A stretch of 61,899 nucleotides of DNA, the filler included. It is 5 parts of 5 records of this genome, joined end to end, with 100 filler letters (N's around TTAATTAATTAA, not from the genome) between each part and the next. Parts side by side here need not be neighbours in the genome. Positions count along the whole stretch, not along the records: positions 1 to 18,552 come from SRR20825019_2442; positions 18,653 to 41,053 come from SRR20825019_2450; 3 more parts are not named here. One strand, written 5' to 3'. Both the position numbers and the translations under genes were made by a program. Shown here piece after piece: positions 13,253-23,089 of the stretch. Each line of letters starts with the position of its first letter. Position 1 is the first letter of the stretch. Under the pieces are notes generated by a model. That model saw only the letters and a list, made by a program, of their open reading frames with translations. It had not been told where the DNA came from and searched no databases.

Positions 13253-13608
13253 TTATTCCTCAACGGTCTCCTTAACAATGGGGGGTTCGTCAAAGCAATG
13301 CTGCTGGGGGGCAGCAGGGAGAACCCACTCAAGGGTAGGGGCACCGACAGCCATAACGGCATCGTCCGGCATCTTGGCGGTGACGGCCTCGCCGCTGGTA
13401 CACTGGGTCAGATGTATAAGGGGAGGGTAAGGTTCAAGACATACTTGATAGTCTCCACAGGCTTCTGGAGGCTGTAGGTCTGGGAGAAAGAACCAGAGTA
13501 ACGGGGCTTAGCGCTCCTGATGGCAAAGCGAACTAACACAACCATAAGCGTACGCTCCTGTTAGCTGTCAAAATACTCACCAGCGGCGGCGGCACGAGTG
13601 AGAGACAT
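13253..13608 (-). CDS. Nucleus-encoded C-terminal fragment of cytochrome c oxidase subunit 1 (Cox1-c) with mitochondrial targeting peptide, 85 aa
   Basis: Exons 13581-13608, 13445-13532 and 13253-13394 give MSLTRAAAAVRFAIRSAKPRYSGSFSQTYSLQKPVETINGEAVTAKMPDDAVMAVGAPTLEWVLPAAPQQHCFDEPPIVKETVEE. TLEWxxxxxPxxHxFxEP matches the Cox1 C-terminal motif. Confidence 0.85.
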
Positions 13609-13799
13609 ATCTAAATTTTGAGAACTCTGTCGTTTCTACCATAAAATGGAAACATATTTGTTTAGGTCGCCACCTGCCTAAGTGTCTATTGACAACGCGG
13701 TCAACCCCCAGCTCGTCCAGAGGCCCTCGAAAGCCGCGTGAAGAGTCAACCACAATAACTGTTCAGGAGACAGGAGCGGGGGTCGCGATTCTGACACTA

Positions 13800-14480
13800 T
13801 GCCGCGGCCCGGCCGGTTACAATCTTGCCAGCGAGAGCCAACCACTGGAGCCAGCCCGGTGGGCACGGTCGGCGGACCTACCGCAAGCCTGATTGTGTAT
13901 AGCCCGAAGCCCGTGAGATCGAGCTCCACCCGCTCGAGCGATCGACCGTCGGACGCAGGCAACGGCTCTACCTAAACCCACCCCCAGCTCGCCCCGGCAG
14001 GCGGCCGCGCCGGGCACGGGTTGGTTATTTTGAGAGGGCGTGTCGGGGTCGTCGTCGGGACGTCCAGTTCTCGTTATATTTCGAGATTAATCGTAATATA
14101 GAGATCAAGTTAAACGAGGATATTGAATCCCACTTGGGAACTTGCTGGCGGCGCCCCACTCACACCACCTCGCACAACCCCCCCTGCGGGATCGAGACCC
14201 TTAGCAGGAATGGCCAATGCAACCGAATCATGCTAGCATGCTTTGTTACTGTGAACCGGAGGAATCCGGGAGACAACAGTCTATCAGCGTGGAGCGACCA
14301 TGCCAAGCGAACCTGACTCGGACCCCCGCGGGCCGGGGGTGCCCCAAGCCCGCGGTGGTCGGGCGGCCGGGGCGCCCGCGGCCCGGGCCCGGCGCCTTGC
14401 GAGGCCGGCCGGCGCCGTCACGGGGGAGCCGGGACTTTCTTGCCGGCCGGGCCGCGGTCCGAGGTCGGCCCACGGTCCCG
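13800..14480. promoter_or_regulatory. Two GC-rich islands (about 13800-14030 and 14320-14480) in the divergent Cox1-c/aquaporin intergenic region
   Basis: GGCC/CCGG-rich tracts separated by an AT-richer patch near 14070-14130. Confidence 0.45.
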
Positions 14481-14726
14481 GTATTGACCAGCTTAGTGGC
14501 ACGGAATTGGCACACGGTTGTTGCTGAACCACATGACGTTTCGGATACCATCTCTAGAAGGTTCGGGCCCCAGGCGACGGTACTGCCAGTGCGCGGTGGT
14601 ATTGTGTGTGGCGTGCAACTGCCTGTCGCCGGCGTGACGAGAACTCAGATGTCTCACTTGTTCCAATACGAGTGAACACTAATGTTATAAAGCACTCAAT
14701 AATTAGAAGTTCAAATTGTATTCGAA

Positions 14727-15839
14727 ATGAGCGAAGGAGCACGTCAACGTACGTCTGTGTGCTTTGTGAATAATATTGAGCAAGAGTGTGAACTTGATGG
14801 GGAAGAGGGTGTGTACCGCTGCGATGCACAGGTACCTGCCGAGGAGGAAGCCGTTCAGAGTTCCGTGGGCAGGGCGCACGTTGCAACGAGATCGATTCGA
14901 TATGCACAGTCCTTGGCGAAAGCCTGTCTCGCCGAAGCAGTGGGAACTGCCATGATAGTTATTATTGGATGCGGTTCAGTAGCCACTGCAGTGGCGACAG
15001 GTGCCCCCTCAGGTCTTTGGCAAGTTGCGGTGGTAGGCACGCGATGAATTCTGCCGTTTGGTTGTTAAGGTCGCCGTTCGCAGGTGTGGGGTTTTGGTGT
15101 CACTTTAGCGATTTTGTGTACTGCGGAGGCGTCTGGCGCGCACCTTAACCCAGCCATCACCCTAGCGTTTACTCTGGTGAGGCCTCAGGCACACGGAATG
15201 ACCTGGGTGAGTGACTTCGTCTGTGTGTTTCGCGGCAGCTGAGCACATTCCCAGCTTCGCGCCGCTCTTTACTGGGCTGCCCAGCTACTTGGCGCAATCG
15301 TTGGTGGGGCCATTCACTTGGGCTTGATGAATCCCCAACTTAAGGCATACGAACGAGCGAATGGGATTATACGGGGTAGCCCGGAGAGCTTGGCAACTGC
15401 CAGTGCTTTTGGAGAATACTTCCCAAATCCTGGTTTTGTGGGATCTCCGTTCAACGACACGGATGTGAGCCCGCTATATGCCTGTGTGATTGAAGCATGG
15501 GGGACTGCCGTGCTGGCGATGGTGATATTCTCGCTGACACACCCGCGCAATAGCGTCGCAGCCGGGACAGGAATGGTGCCTTATTTCATCGGATTCACCG
15601 TGTCCGTACTTATAAGCTTGTACGCGCCTATAACACAAGCAGGTTGGAACCCTGCTCGTGACTTTGGGCCGCGGGTTGTGGCGGCATTGGCGGGCTGGGG
15701 CGAGGTAGCCATTCCAGGCCCACGGAATGGATTTTGGGTTTACATTGTGGGACCGATGGTCGGTGGGCCACTGGGAGCTGCTGTAGGAGAGTACATAATG
15801 TGGCAGACACGCCCCAAAGCCATTGCCCGCCCTCTATAA
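14727..15839 (+). CDS. MIP family aquaglyceroporin (GlpF-like), intron-containing
   Basis: AEAVGT helix 1, SGAHLNPA (about 15130-15155), GWNPARDFGPR and FWVYIVGP; introns near 15033-15083 and 15207-15254. Confidence 0.9.
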
Positions 15840-15986
15840 TGGATTGTGAGACCCGAATTACAAAGCGGGAGCCTGTGCGTCCAGAATGCATCGGAGAGAG
15901 ATCCCGGCCTTTCGGCGTTCCGAAATGATTTCAAAAGAAAAGCTGGAGAAATCTAGTCCTGTCACACTATGTAGGCGTCTATCTAT

Positions 15987-17158
15987 TCACAATTCATCAT
16001 CATTGTGGCCGTCATCATCCTCTTCCTCTTCCTCTTCATCCGCTGGAGCGCTCTCTTCGTCCTCAGACAAGTTATCATCGCTATTGTCATTAGTGTCAGA
16101 GTTAGCGCTCTGCTCCCAGGCCTTGATGTCATCTTCGGTGCACATATCCGCAGCCTTGACGCAAACCTATCAAAATGGGCACCCCAGTGTCAAAAAGGCC
16201 AATTCCACAGGCGCGTACCCCAACTTACATCCCGGATCACTGTGGGCATATCGCGCACGCCCTGGCCAAACGCCTTGATAATGGCATCCTCCTCATCCGA
16301 GATGAGTTCTTCGCAGGTGTCAAGAATGACACTTGTCACCTCTGGGTCGTGTCTATGCCTGATCATAGAGCACAAGTCATCGATCACTCCAGTAATGTGC
16401 TTCTTAGTCCTGTAATTCTTGCCCGCCGGGTTACCCCTTGCCATCACAAACTCGATGTCGGAAATAACCATTTGGCATTTCTGCAAGTACCTACTCAGAC
16501 CACAAACCTCAAAATTAATTTTAGATACACACCTGGCAGTCAGAGAGAGAGCGCGCCACTTGCTTGTCCAGAGCGTGGTACATGTTTTCGGGGCACACTT
16601 TGTATAAGTCCACACAAATCTGCTTCTTTTTGGGCCACATCTGGACAATCTCGTTCTGGTAGCCTTGGAAAATCTATTGCTTCGATCAGTGCACATTCAA
16701 ACAGGCACTGTACAACAACATACATCCGCAATACTAGGGTCCCAGTTGGCTTGAAGATGACTGCAGAAAGCCGCAACCCCTCCCTGCAACTCCTTGAGCT
16801 TATACTCTTGGCAGATGCGTACAACAAATTTCTGAAGTCAACACAAAGCTAGTTAGTCTAACTGAGACACAGGCACACAAGCTAAACCCACGTCGATCGG
16901 GATTTCAAGCCGCTTATCCTTCTTCGCAGCGGCAGCCTTGGCATGTTTCTCGATCGCGTCAACAATTTCGTCATACATATACTGGCGCAAAAGTAAGAAC
17001 TAGCTTACTTCATAGACAACTGAACCACCAACCTCCACTACTGTATCGCAACCGAAGCACATTGCCTGTTGGCGTCGGGTTGAATCAATCTCGTCTTGCG
17101 ATGAGGCAAGGACGCTTGAAACACCAACAGCCAAAACAAGGCAGAGGAGGTACTTCAT
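15987..17158 (-). CDS. ER-resident protein with two saposin-like (Canopy/CNPY-like) domains and C-terminal DDEL, about 6 exons
   Basis: Signal peptide MKYLLCLVLAVGVSSVLA; domain 1 CFGC..RIC..AFC..ICVDLYKVC; domain 2 DCQKC..DLC..DTCEEL..VCVKAADMC; acidic tail ending HNDDEL-stop after manual splicing. Confidence 0.7.
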
Positions 17159-17259
17159 TGTAAGAGTCGAATAACAAATCACTTTTGAGCAGAATCTGAG
17201 GTATATACGAGCACTGCGGGCTATCGGCTCCCTGATTCAGCCTCAGACAGCTCCTAAGC

Positions 17260-17850
17260 CACCAACGAGCCGGAGTGGGTCCCGTCCGCCCGGCCCACGG
17301 CCCGGGGTGCGGTGCCGGGCCAGCCCGGCCGGGCCATGGCGCCATGCCGGCCGGGTGGCGGCTGCCGGTGCGCCCGACCCGCGCGCGAACGCGCCAGGCC
17401 CGCCTGCACCCCGGCCGGCGGCGGGCCGGGGGGCAATCCGTCAGAGCCGCGTTGCCGGCCTGGCGCAGCCGCGTGACGCCGGCCGGCCGGCCGGGGGGGC
17501 GGGCAGGGCCGTCGGCGAGCGCGGGCGGGGGCGCTGCGGAGGGCGCGCGGGCCCGCGCGGCGGGCCGGCGGGGCGCAACGGTGACTTTGGTTCGGTCAGT
17601 TGGACCGGGAGGCTGATCGACCGGACGACGAAACATCGCGAAGAGTCCGATCGCCATCGGCCAGTCGATCCGGGCCCCACCGCCGGAGGGGCCCCCTCCG
17701 TGCACAGCGGCATGCCGGTACACCGGGGCACGCACCAGCCTGCGTCGGCCGCGCACCGCCGGGCGAGCAGTGGTGCGCAGCAGCCGGTCCGGAGCAGATC
17801 GATCGCGATGCCGCCTCCGAGGTCGCTGGAGATGGCGATCTCGATGCGAT
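17260..17850. promoter_or_regulatory. GC-rich island in a divergent intergenic region
   Basis: GGCCGG/CCCGG-rich tracts followed by a GATCG/CGATC-rich segment (17610-17850). Confidence 0.5.
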
Positions 17851-18274
17851 GAGATTCAGTTGTGGGGCCAGGAAATGAGTAGGTAACCTACCGCAGCAGT
17901 GTGCCGCCACGGTGCCTCATGAATGACCGAATCACACAGCCGGGGAGTCCCCCGAGTCAGGGATGCATGATAGCGCGACGGGAAGAGCCCGGGACTGTCG
18001 TCTCGGTTCAGGGTGTCACAATGACATGACCCCTCCCACCATCCGATAGACGCTCCTGGTCGGGGCGCTTGGCAACCAGTCGTAGCTTGACGCGCATTGC
18101 GGTTCAAGGTGGTGGCGGGCTGTTGTGGAAGCACTTTGCGGTGTCAAGGCGGGAAAGCCTCACATTGCATTTCTTGTTACAACTATCTCCACCAACGGTA
18201 TTCCCACTTGAGTAGTTGCTGTCGTCTGCCTTTCGTAGATATCATACTACTGAGGTAGGACCACGCTACTCAAA

Positions 18275-18552
18275 ATGCCTAAGAAGTCAAGAGCGATAGA
18301 CGATGACGAGGAGACTGTTGGTGCTTCGTCGGGATCAAAGGAGCTCTCAGACCACCTCCAAAGCAATGCGCAGAAGAAGCTCAAAGCGGAAAATGGCGAT
18401 GATGGAGACACCATTGAAAACGCTAGTATAATGCCTGATAAGGCCGAAGCGGAGGAGGAGGAGCGGAGGAGGAGGGAAGAAGAGAAGGAGAGAGAGAAAG
18501 AGGCGAAAGAGGCTGCAGAGGAAGAGGAGAAGAAGGAGAAGAAGGAGAAGAA
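18275..18552 (+). CDS. 5' part of a Glu/Lys-rich eukaryotic protein, truncated by the contig end
   Basis: ATG downstream of a GC island; frame MPKKSRAIDDDEE...EEEKKEKKEK stays open into the gap. Confidence 0.55.
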
Positions 18553-18652
18553 NNNNNNNNNNNNNNNNNNNNNNNNNNNNNNNNNNNNNNNNNNNNTTAA
18601 TTAATTAANNNNNNNNNNNNNNNNNNNNNNNNNNNNNNNNNNNNNNNNNNNN
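18553..18652. other. Artificial contig spacer (N44-TTAATTAATTAA-N44)
   Basis: Stops in all six frames flanked by N runs; the same spacer occurs four times. Confidence 0.98.
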
Positions 18653-18653
18653 T

Positions 18654-18830
18654 GGCTATCTGATGCTGCATGCCAATGCCCGATTGCAGATCGACGTCAT
18701 GTTCGCCGCTCTCTTCACTCTCTCGATCCTGGCCATCGCGCTCTATTACGGGATCGATTTCCTGCTCAGGGCGGCCATGCCCTGGCAAGCCGGCGAAGCC
18801 CGGCCAACATCGCATACTGGAGGATTTTGA
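18654..18830 (+). CDS. 3' end of an ABC permease (ThiX/SsuC-like), partial
   Basis: GYLMLHANARLQIDVMFAALFTLSILAIALYYGIDFLLRAAMPW; stop abuts the substrate-binding gene. Confidence 0.8.
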   Translation, partial: GYLMLHANARLQIDVMFAALFTLSILAIALYYGIDFLLRAAMPWQAGEARPTSHTGGF

Positions 18831-19772
18831 ATGTTCACCCGGACCGCCGCGCTACTCGCCGCGTTGATCGTCCTCGGCACAGCGCCTGCTAATGCGGCAG
18901 ACAAGCTGACCGTCCTGCTGGACTGGTTCGTTAACCCGGACCACGGCCCGCTGATCGTTGCCGACAAGAAGGGCTTTTTCGCCGACGAAGGCCTGGAAGT
19001 CGAACTGATTGCCCCGGCAGACCCGAACGATCCGCCGAAGCTGGTCGCCGCACAGAAAGCCGATATCGCCGTCTCTTATCAGCCGCAGCTCCACATCCAG
19101 GCCGCTGAAGGCCTCCCGCTGGTGCGCTTCGGGACGCTGGTCGCCACACCGCTGAACGCCCTCGTGGTTCTGCAGGACGGGCCAGTGAAATCCATTGCCG
19201 ACCTGAAAGGCCGCAAGGTCGGATATTCGGTCGGCGGCTTCGAGGATGCGCTGCTCGGCGCCATGCTGAAGAAGCACGGCATGACGCTCTCGGATGTCGA
19301 GCTGATCAACGTGAACTTCTCGCTCTCGCCCTCGATCATCTCGGGACAGGTCGATGCCGTGATCGGCGCTTTCCGTAATTTCGAGCTGAACCAGATGGAT
19401 ATCGTCGGCAAGCCGGGCCGGGCCTTCTTTGTCGAAGAGGAAGGCGTGCCGCCCTATGACGAGTTGATCTATGTCGCGCACAAGGATCGCCTCGACGATC
19501 CGCGCCTGAAGAAGTTCCTCTCCGCCGTGGAGAGGGCAACGCAGTATCTGGTCAACCACCCCGGCGATGCCTGGATGGCCTTTATCGATGGCCGCAAGGA
19601 GCTGGATGACGAGCTGAACAAGCGGGCCTGGCGCGATACCCTGCCCCGTTTCGCCCTGCGTCCGGCGGCCCTGGACCGGGGGCGTTATGAGCGGTTTGCC
19701 GCCTTCATGAAAGAAAGCGGCCTTGTGAATAAAGACGTAAAAACAGAACTCTACGCGGCAGAGCTACAGTAA
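18831..19772 (+). CDS. thiY: ABC substrate-binding protein, NMT1/THI5 (ThiY-like, thiamine precursor)
   Basis: Signal peptide; LDWFVNPDHGPL, SYQPQL, GAFRNFELNQM, GVPPYDEL. Confidence 0.85.
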   Translation: MFTRTAALLAALIVLGTAPANAADKLTVLLDWFVNPDHGPLIVADKKGFFADEGLEVELIAPADPNDPPKLVAAQKADIAVSYQPQLHIQAAEGLPLVRFGTLVATPLNALVVLQDGPVKSIADLKGRKVGYSVGGFEDALLGAMLKKHGMTLSDVELINVNFSLSPSIISGQVDAVIGAFRNFELNQMDIVGKPGRAFFVEEEGVPPYDELIYVAHKDRLDDPRLKKFLSAVERATQYLVNHPGDAWMAFIDGRKELDDELNKRAWRDTLPRFALRPAALDRGRYERFAAFMKESGLVNKDVKTELYAAELQ

Positions 19773-19781
19773 AAAACACGA

Positions 19782-19811
19782 GTCCCGGGCATTGATCGCA
19801 ATGCCCGGGAC
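19782..19811. terminator. Hairpin between convergent genes
   Basis: GTCCCGGGCATTG-atcg-CAATGCCCGGGAC, a perfect 13-bp stem. Confidence 0.7.
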
Positions 19812-19826
19812 CTGTCGGCTAACCAA

Positions 19827-20687
19827 CTATTCCGCCGCTGCTTGACTGGCTCGCGTGCTATCGACAAACCCCATATAGAGTTGCCGCGCCCGCTCAAACA
19901 CCGGCCCCGGCGTCAGGGCACGATCCTCGAACCGGTTGATCGCCTGGATCTTCCCGAAATTGCCGCAGACGATAATCTCGTCGGCCGTATGCACATCCGC
20001 TGCGGTCAGCGTGACTTCCTCGACCGGAATACCGTCTTCCCGCAACAAACCGATCAGGCGCCGCCGCGTGATGCCGGAAAGAAAGGTGCCGTTCGCTGCC
20101 GGTGTCCGCGCCACGCCGTCCTTCACGATCCAGATGTTAGCCACCGAGAACTCGGCGACATTGCCATTTGGATCGAGCAGAAGCGGCAGGTCGAAGCCAC
20201 GCTCTTTCGCTTCCTTCAAAGCGCGCTGCCCATTCGGATAAAGCGAGCCGGTCTTGGCGTCTGTCGGCGCCTGATCGGTGGCACAGCGCCGGAAGCTGGA
20301 AAGACAGGCCGACCCGGCAACGGCATCCGGCAATGGCGCCTCGAAGACGGCCAGCACGAATTCCGTATCGTCCCCTTCCGGCGCCACTCCCTGATTGGTG
20401 GAGAAGAACATCGGCCGGATATAGTAATCCAGATCCTGCGGCAGCCGCCGAACAGCTTCACGGCAAAGAGCCTCGATCTCAGCAGGCTCCAGCCCCGGCG
20501 AAAGCAGCATCGCCTTTGCCGAGCGAACAACCCGCTGACAATGCAGATCAATGTCGGGCAATGCCCCCCTGATGGCGCGCGCACCGTCGAAAACCGTGCT
20601 TGCCGACCAGAATGAGATCTGCAGCGGCCCGGACAACATGGGTTCGTTTGATAGCCATTCGCCGCGATACCAGAATATTTGTTTCAT
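19827..20687 (-). CDS. Class IV PLP-dependent aminotransferase (branched-chain amino acid aminotransferase-like)
   Basis: VFDGARA, YYIRPMFF, PTDAKTGSLYPN, GTFLSGITRRR, GNFGKI. Confidence 0.85.
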   Translation of the reverse strand: MKQIFWYRGEWLSNEPMLSGPLQISFWSASTVFDGARAIRGALPDIDLHCQRVVRSAKAMLLSPGLEPAEIEALCREAVRRLPQDLDYYIRPMFFSTNQGVAPEGDDTEFVLAVFEAPLPDAVAGSACLSSFRRCATDQAPTDAKTGSLYPNGQRALKEAKERGFDLPLLLDPNGNVAEFSVANIWIVKDGVARTPAANGTFLSGITRRRLIGLLREDGIPVEEVTLTAADVHTADEIIVCGNFGKIQAINRFEDRALTPGPVFERARQLYMGFVDSTRASQAAAE

Positions 20688-20808
20688 TTTCTAACCTCCA
20701 TACGCAATATAATAGGACAGTAATATTGACCTTAATGTTGCGAGTGACCAGCCGAAACTTGTCACGGTGACAATCCGGAAGTCAGGCCAACAGCCACCTG
20801 ACAGCCAT

Positions 20809-21717
20809 TCAGCGATCGGTATCGGGCACCACGCTGGCGGCTATGGTTCCATCCAGCGCTTCATACTCTCCGTAACCGATATGCTCGTAGATATCTTTCC
20901 GTGACATCAGGCGGTCGAGAAAGCCTTCCTGTCCGCCATGTTCCGCAAGATGCTGATATAGAGAGCGGACAATACCCGCTTCGGCTCTCAGGGATGTCAC
21001 AGGCCAGATCACCATGCTGAAGCCCCATTCCTGGAATTGCTCAGCTGTGAAATACGGGGTCTTTCCGAACTCCGTCATATTCGCCAACAGGGGAACGTCC
21101 AGCGCTTCGGAAAATGCCCTGAAATGCGCTTCTTCGGTGAGAGCTTCCGGGAAAATCGCGTCCGCGCCGGCAGCGACATAAGCCTTGGCCCGCGCGATTG
21201 CGGCGTCGAGCCCCTCGGACGCCATCGCATCCGTCCGGGCAATAATCCGCAGATGACTGCGCGCCTTTCGGGCGGCTGCGATCTTAGCGCTCATGGAAGC
21301 CGTGTCGTTCAGCAGTTTGTCCGACAGATGGCCACATTTCTTGGGAAGCATCTGATCCTCAAGCTGAACGGCGGCGGCTCCCGCCTCTTCCAGCTCCCTG
21401 CAGAGCCGCATCACGTTCAGGGCTTCGCCGTATCCGGTATCTCCGTCGACGATGAGAGGGATCTGAGAGGCACGAACAATGGAGCGAACCTGATGGATCA
21501 ACTCCTCCATCGTCATCATGCCGAGGTCCGGAAGCGCCAGGCTCGCGGAAAGTGCCCCACCCGAAAGATAGAGCGATTCGAACCCCGTATCGCGCGCAAT
21601 GACAGCGGAGAGTGCATCATGCGCTCCCGGGATACGCAAAATTTCCTTTTTTTCCCAAAGAGCGGCCAGCCGATCCCCCGCCGGGTGCGTTACCTGTTTT
21701 TGCAGGAGCCATGCCAT
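20809..21717 (-). CDS. prpB: Methylisocitrate lyase
   Basis: YLSGG, LPDLG, DGDTGYG, EDQMLPKKCGHL, ARTDA, LLANMTEFGKTP. Confidence 0.92.
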   Translation of the reverse strand: MAWLLQKQVTHPAGDRLAALWEKKEILRIPGAHDALSAVIARDTGFESLYLSGGALSASLALPDLGMMTMEELIHQVRSIVRASQIPLIVDGDTGYGEALNVMRLCRELEEAGAAAVQLEDQMLPKKCGHLSDKLLNDTASMSAKIAAARKARSHLRIIARTDAMASEGLDAAIARAKAYVAAGADAIFPEALTEEAHFRAFSEALDVPLLANMTEFGKTPYFTAEQFQEWGFSMVIWPVTSLRAEAGIVRSLYQHLAEHGGQEGFLDRLMSRKDIYEHIGYGEYEALDGTIAASVVPDTDR

Positions 21718-21930
21718 ATTTTTTCCTTCCTCATTCGCGCCATCTTGCCGGGCGTTTCGTCGTTAATTTTGTTCTTCAAAGATTGCGCTCAGCAGCGCCC
21801 TCGTGTCATTTCATTGTCATCACTATATTGACAAGACTGGCGTGCTGTCGGATTGGTTCCTGGTACACCAGATCGCTGTCTGCGGACGGAAAAACGAATC
21901 TGGTCGGATAAACGCGAGGGAGACGCGTCG

Positions 21931-22419
21931 ATGAGGCACATCTTAGGTCTGGGAGCGAGCCTTGCCGCTTTCTGGATGCTGTTGTCCGGATCGATAAGTC
22001 TCGACCATAAGCTGGTTCTCGGGTTTGGCATCGCCTCCGTTATCCTGACGCTATACCTAGCTATTCGCATGGATCGCCTTGATGGCTTTCCGGTCCACAT
22101 CCGGCTCAGCCCGAAACTGATTCAATACTGGCTCTGGCTCGCCAAGGAGATCGGCAAGGCGAATATCGACGTCGCCAAGATTGTCCTCTCACCAAAAATG
22201 AACATTTCGCCACGCATGGTGCGTGTGAAGGCAAGCCAGCAGACCGATGTCGGCATTGCCACTTTTGCCAATTCCATCACGCTGACGCCGGGAACCGTGT
22301 CCGTCGATATCGACGATGACGAGATCCTGGTGCATGCGATCACCGACGATATGGCTACAGGTTTGATCGAAAGCGATATGGATGAACGGGTTACGGCCGT
22401 GGAGTTAAAGTACCGATGA
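21931..22419 (+). CDS. mrpE: Mrp Na+/H+ antiporter subunit E
   Basis: KANIDVAKIVL, FANSITLTPGTVSVD; start at ATG 21931 after GAGGGAG. Confidence 0.9.
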   Translation: MRHILGLGASLAAFWMLLSGSISLDHKLVLGFGIASVILTLYLAIRMDRLDGFPVHIRLSPKLIQYWLWLAKEIGKANIDVAKIVLSPKMNISPRMVRVKASQQTDVGIATFANSITLTPGTVSVDIDDDEILVHAITDDMATGLIESDMDERVTAVELKYR

Positions 22420-22748
22420 TGTTTGCCGCGGCCGCCGCCGGCCTGATCATTCCGATGCTTATGGCGCTTGCACGCGGCCTCATTGGACCAACTCTTTATG
22501 ACAGGGTGCTGGCTGGAAACAGCTTCGGCACCAAGACGGTCCTGCTGATTGCCGTGCTCGGCTTCATCGGCGGCAGGCCGGACTTCCTCGACATCGCCCT
22601 GCTCTATGCCCTGATGAACTTCATCGGCACCATCGCGATCCTGAAATTCTTCCGCTACCGGAACCTCGGTGTCGCCGATAGTGCCGATATCAGGAACGGG
22701 ACCGAGATCAACAATGGAGCCCGCGGCAAGAACGAGGAGGCCGTCTGA
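22416..22748 (+). CDS. mrpF: Mrp antiporter subunit F
   Basis: GPTLYDRVLA, DIALLYALMNFIGTIA; ATGA overlap with mrpE. Confidence 0.9.
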   Translation: MMFAAAAAGLIIPMLMALARGLIGPTLYDRVLAGNSFGTKTVLLIAVLGFIGGRPDFLDIALLYALMNFIGTIAILKFFRYRNLGVADSADIRNGTEINNGARGKNEEAV

Positions 22749-23089
22749 TGGAATTGATCATCGATCTGGCCTCCTGGGCATTCATCCTGGCCGGGGTGTT
22801 CTTCATCTTCACGGGTACGCTCGGTATGCTGCGGCTCCCCGACTTCTATACCCGGCTGCACGCCGCCGGCATTACCGACACACTCGGCACGGAATTGCTG
22901 CTGATCGCCATGATGCTGCAGGCCGGTTGGTCCATTGTGACCGTGAAACTGCTGATGATCTCTCTCTTCATCTTTTTCACCAGCCCGACCGCGACACACG
23001 CACTGGCTAACGCGGCCAATGCCGTGGGGCTGCGGCCTTTCGGCGTACCTGAAGCCGATCTCCGGCCCAAGAAAACGGAGAAAGCGTGA
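22748..23089 (+). CDS. mrpG: Mrp antiporter subunit G
   Basis: GMLRLPDFYTRLHAAG, TSPTATHALA. Confidence 0.92.
   Translation: MELIIDLASWAFILAGVFFIFTGTLGMLRLPDFYTRLHAAGITDTLGTELLLIAMMLQAGWSIVTVKLLMISLFIFFTSPTATHALANAANAVGLRPFGVPEADLRPKKTEKA

Noticed and set aside
18440-18552. GA-rich tract as a microsatellite or regulatory repeat
   Set aside because: It is in-frame Glu/Lys/Arg low-complexity coding sequence.
18553-18652. TTAATTAATTAA repeated four times as a biological repeat, or eukaryote-bacterium junctions as horizontal transfer
   Set aside because: It is an all-frame-stop linker inside N padding, added when contigs were concatenated.
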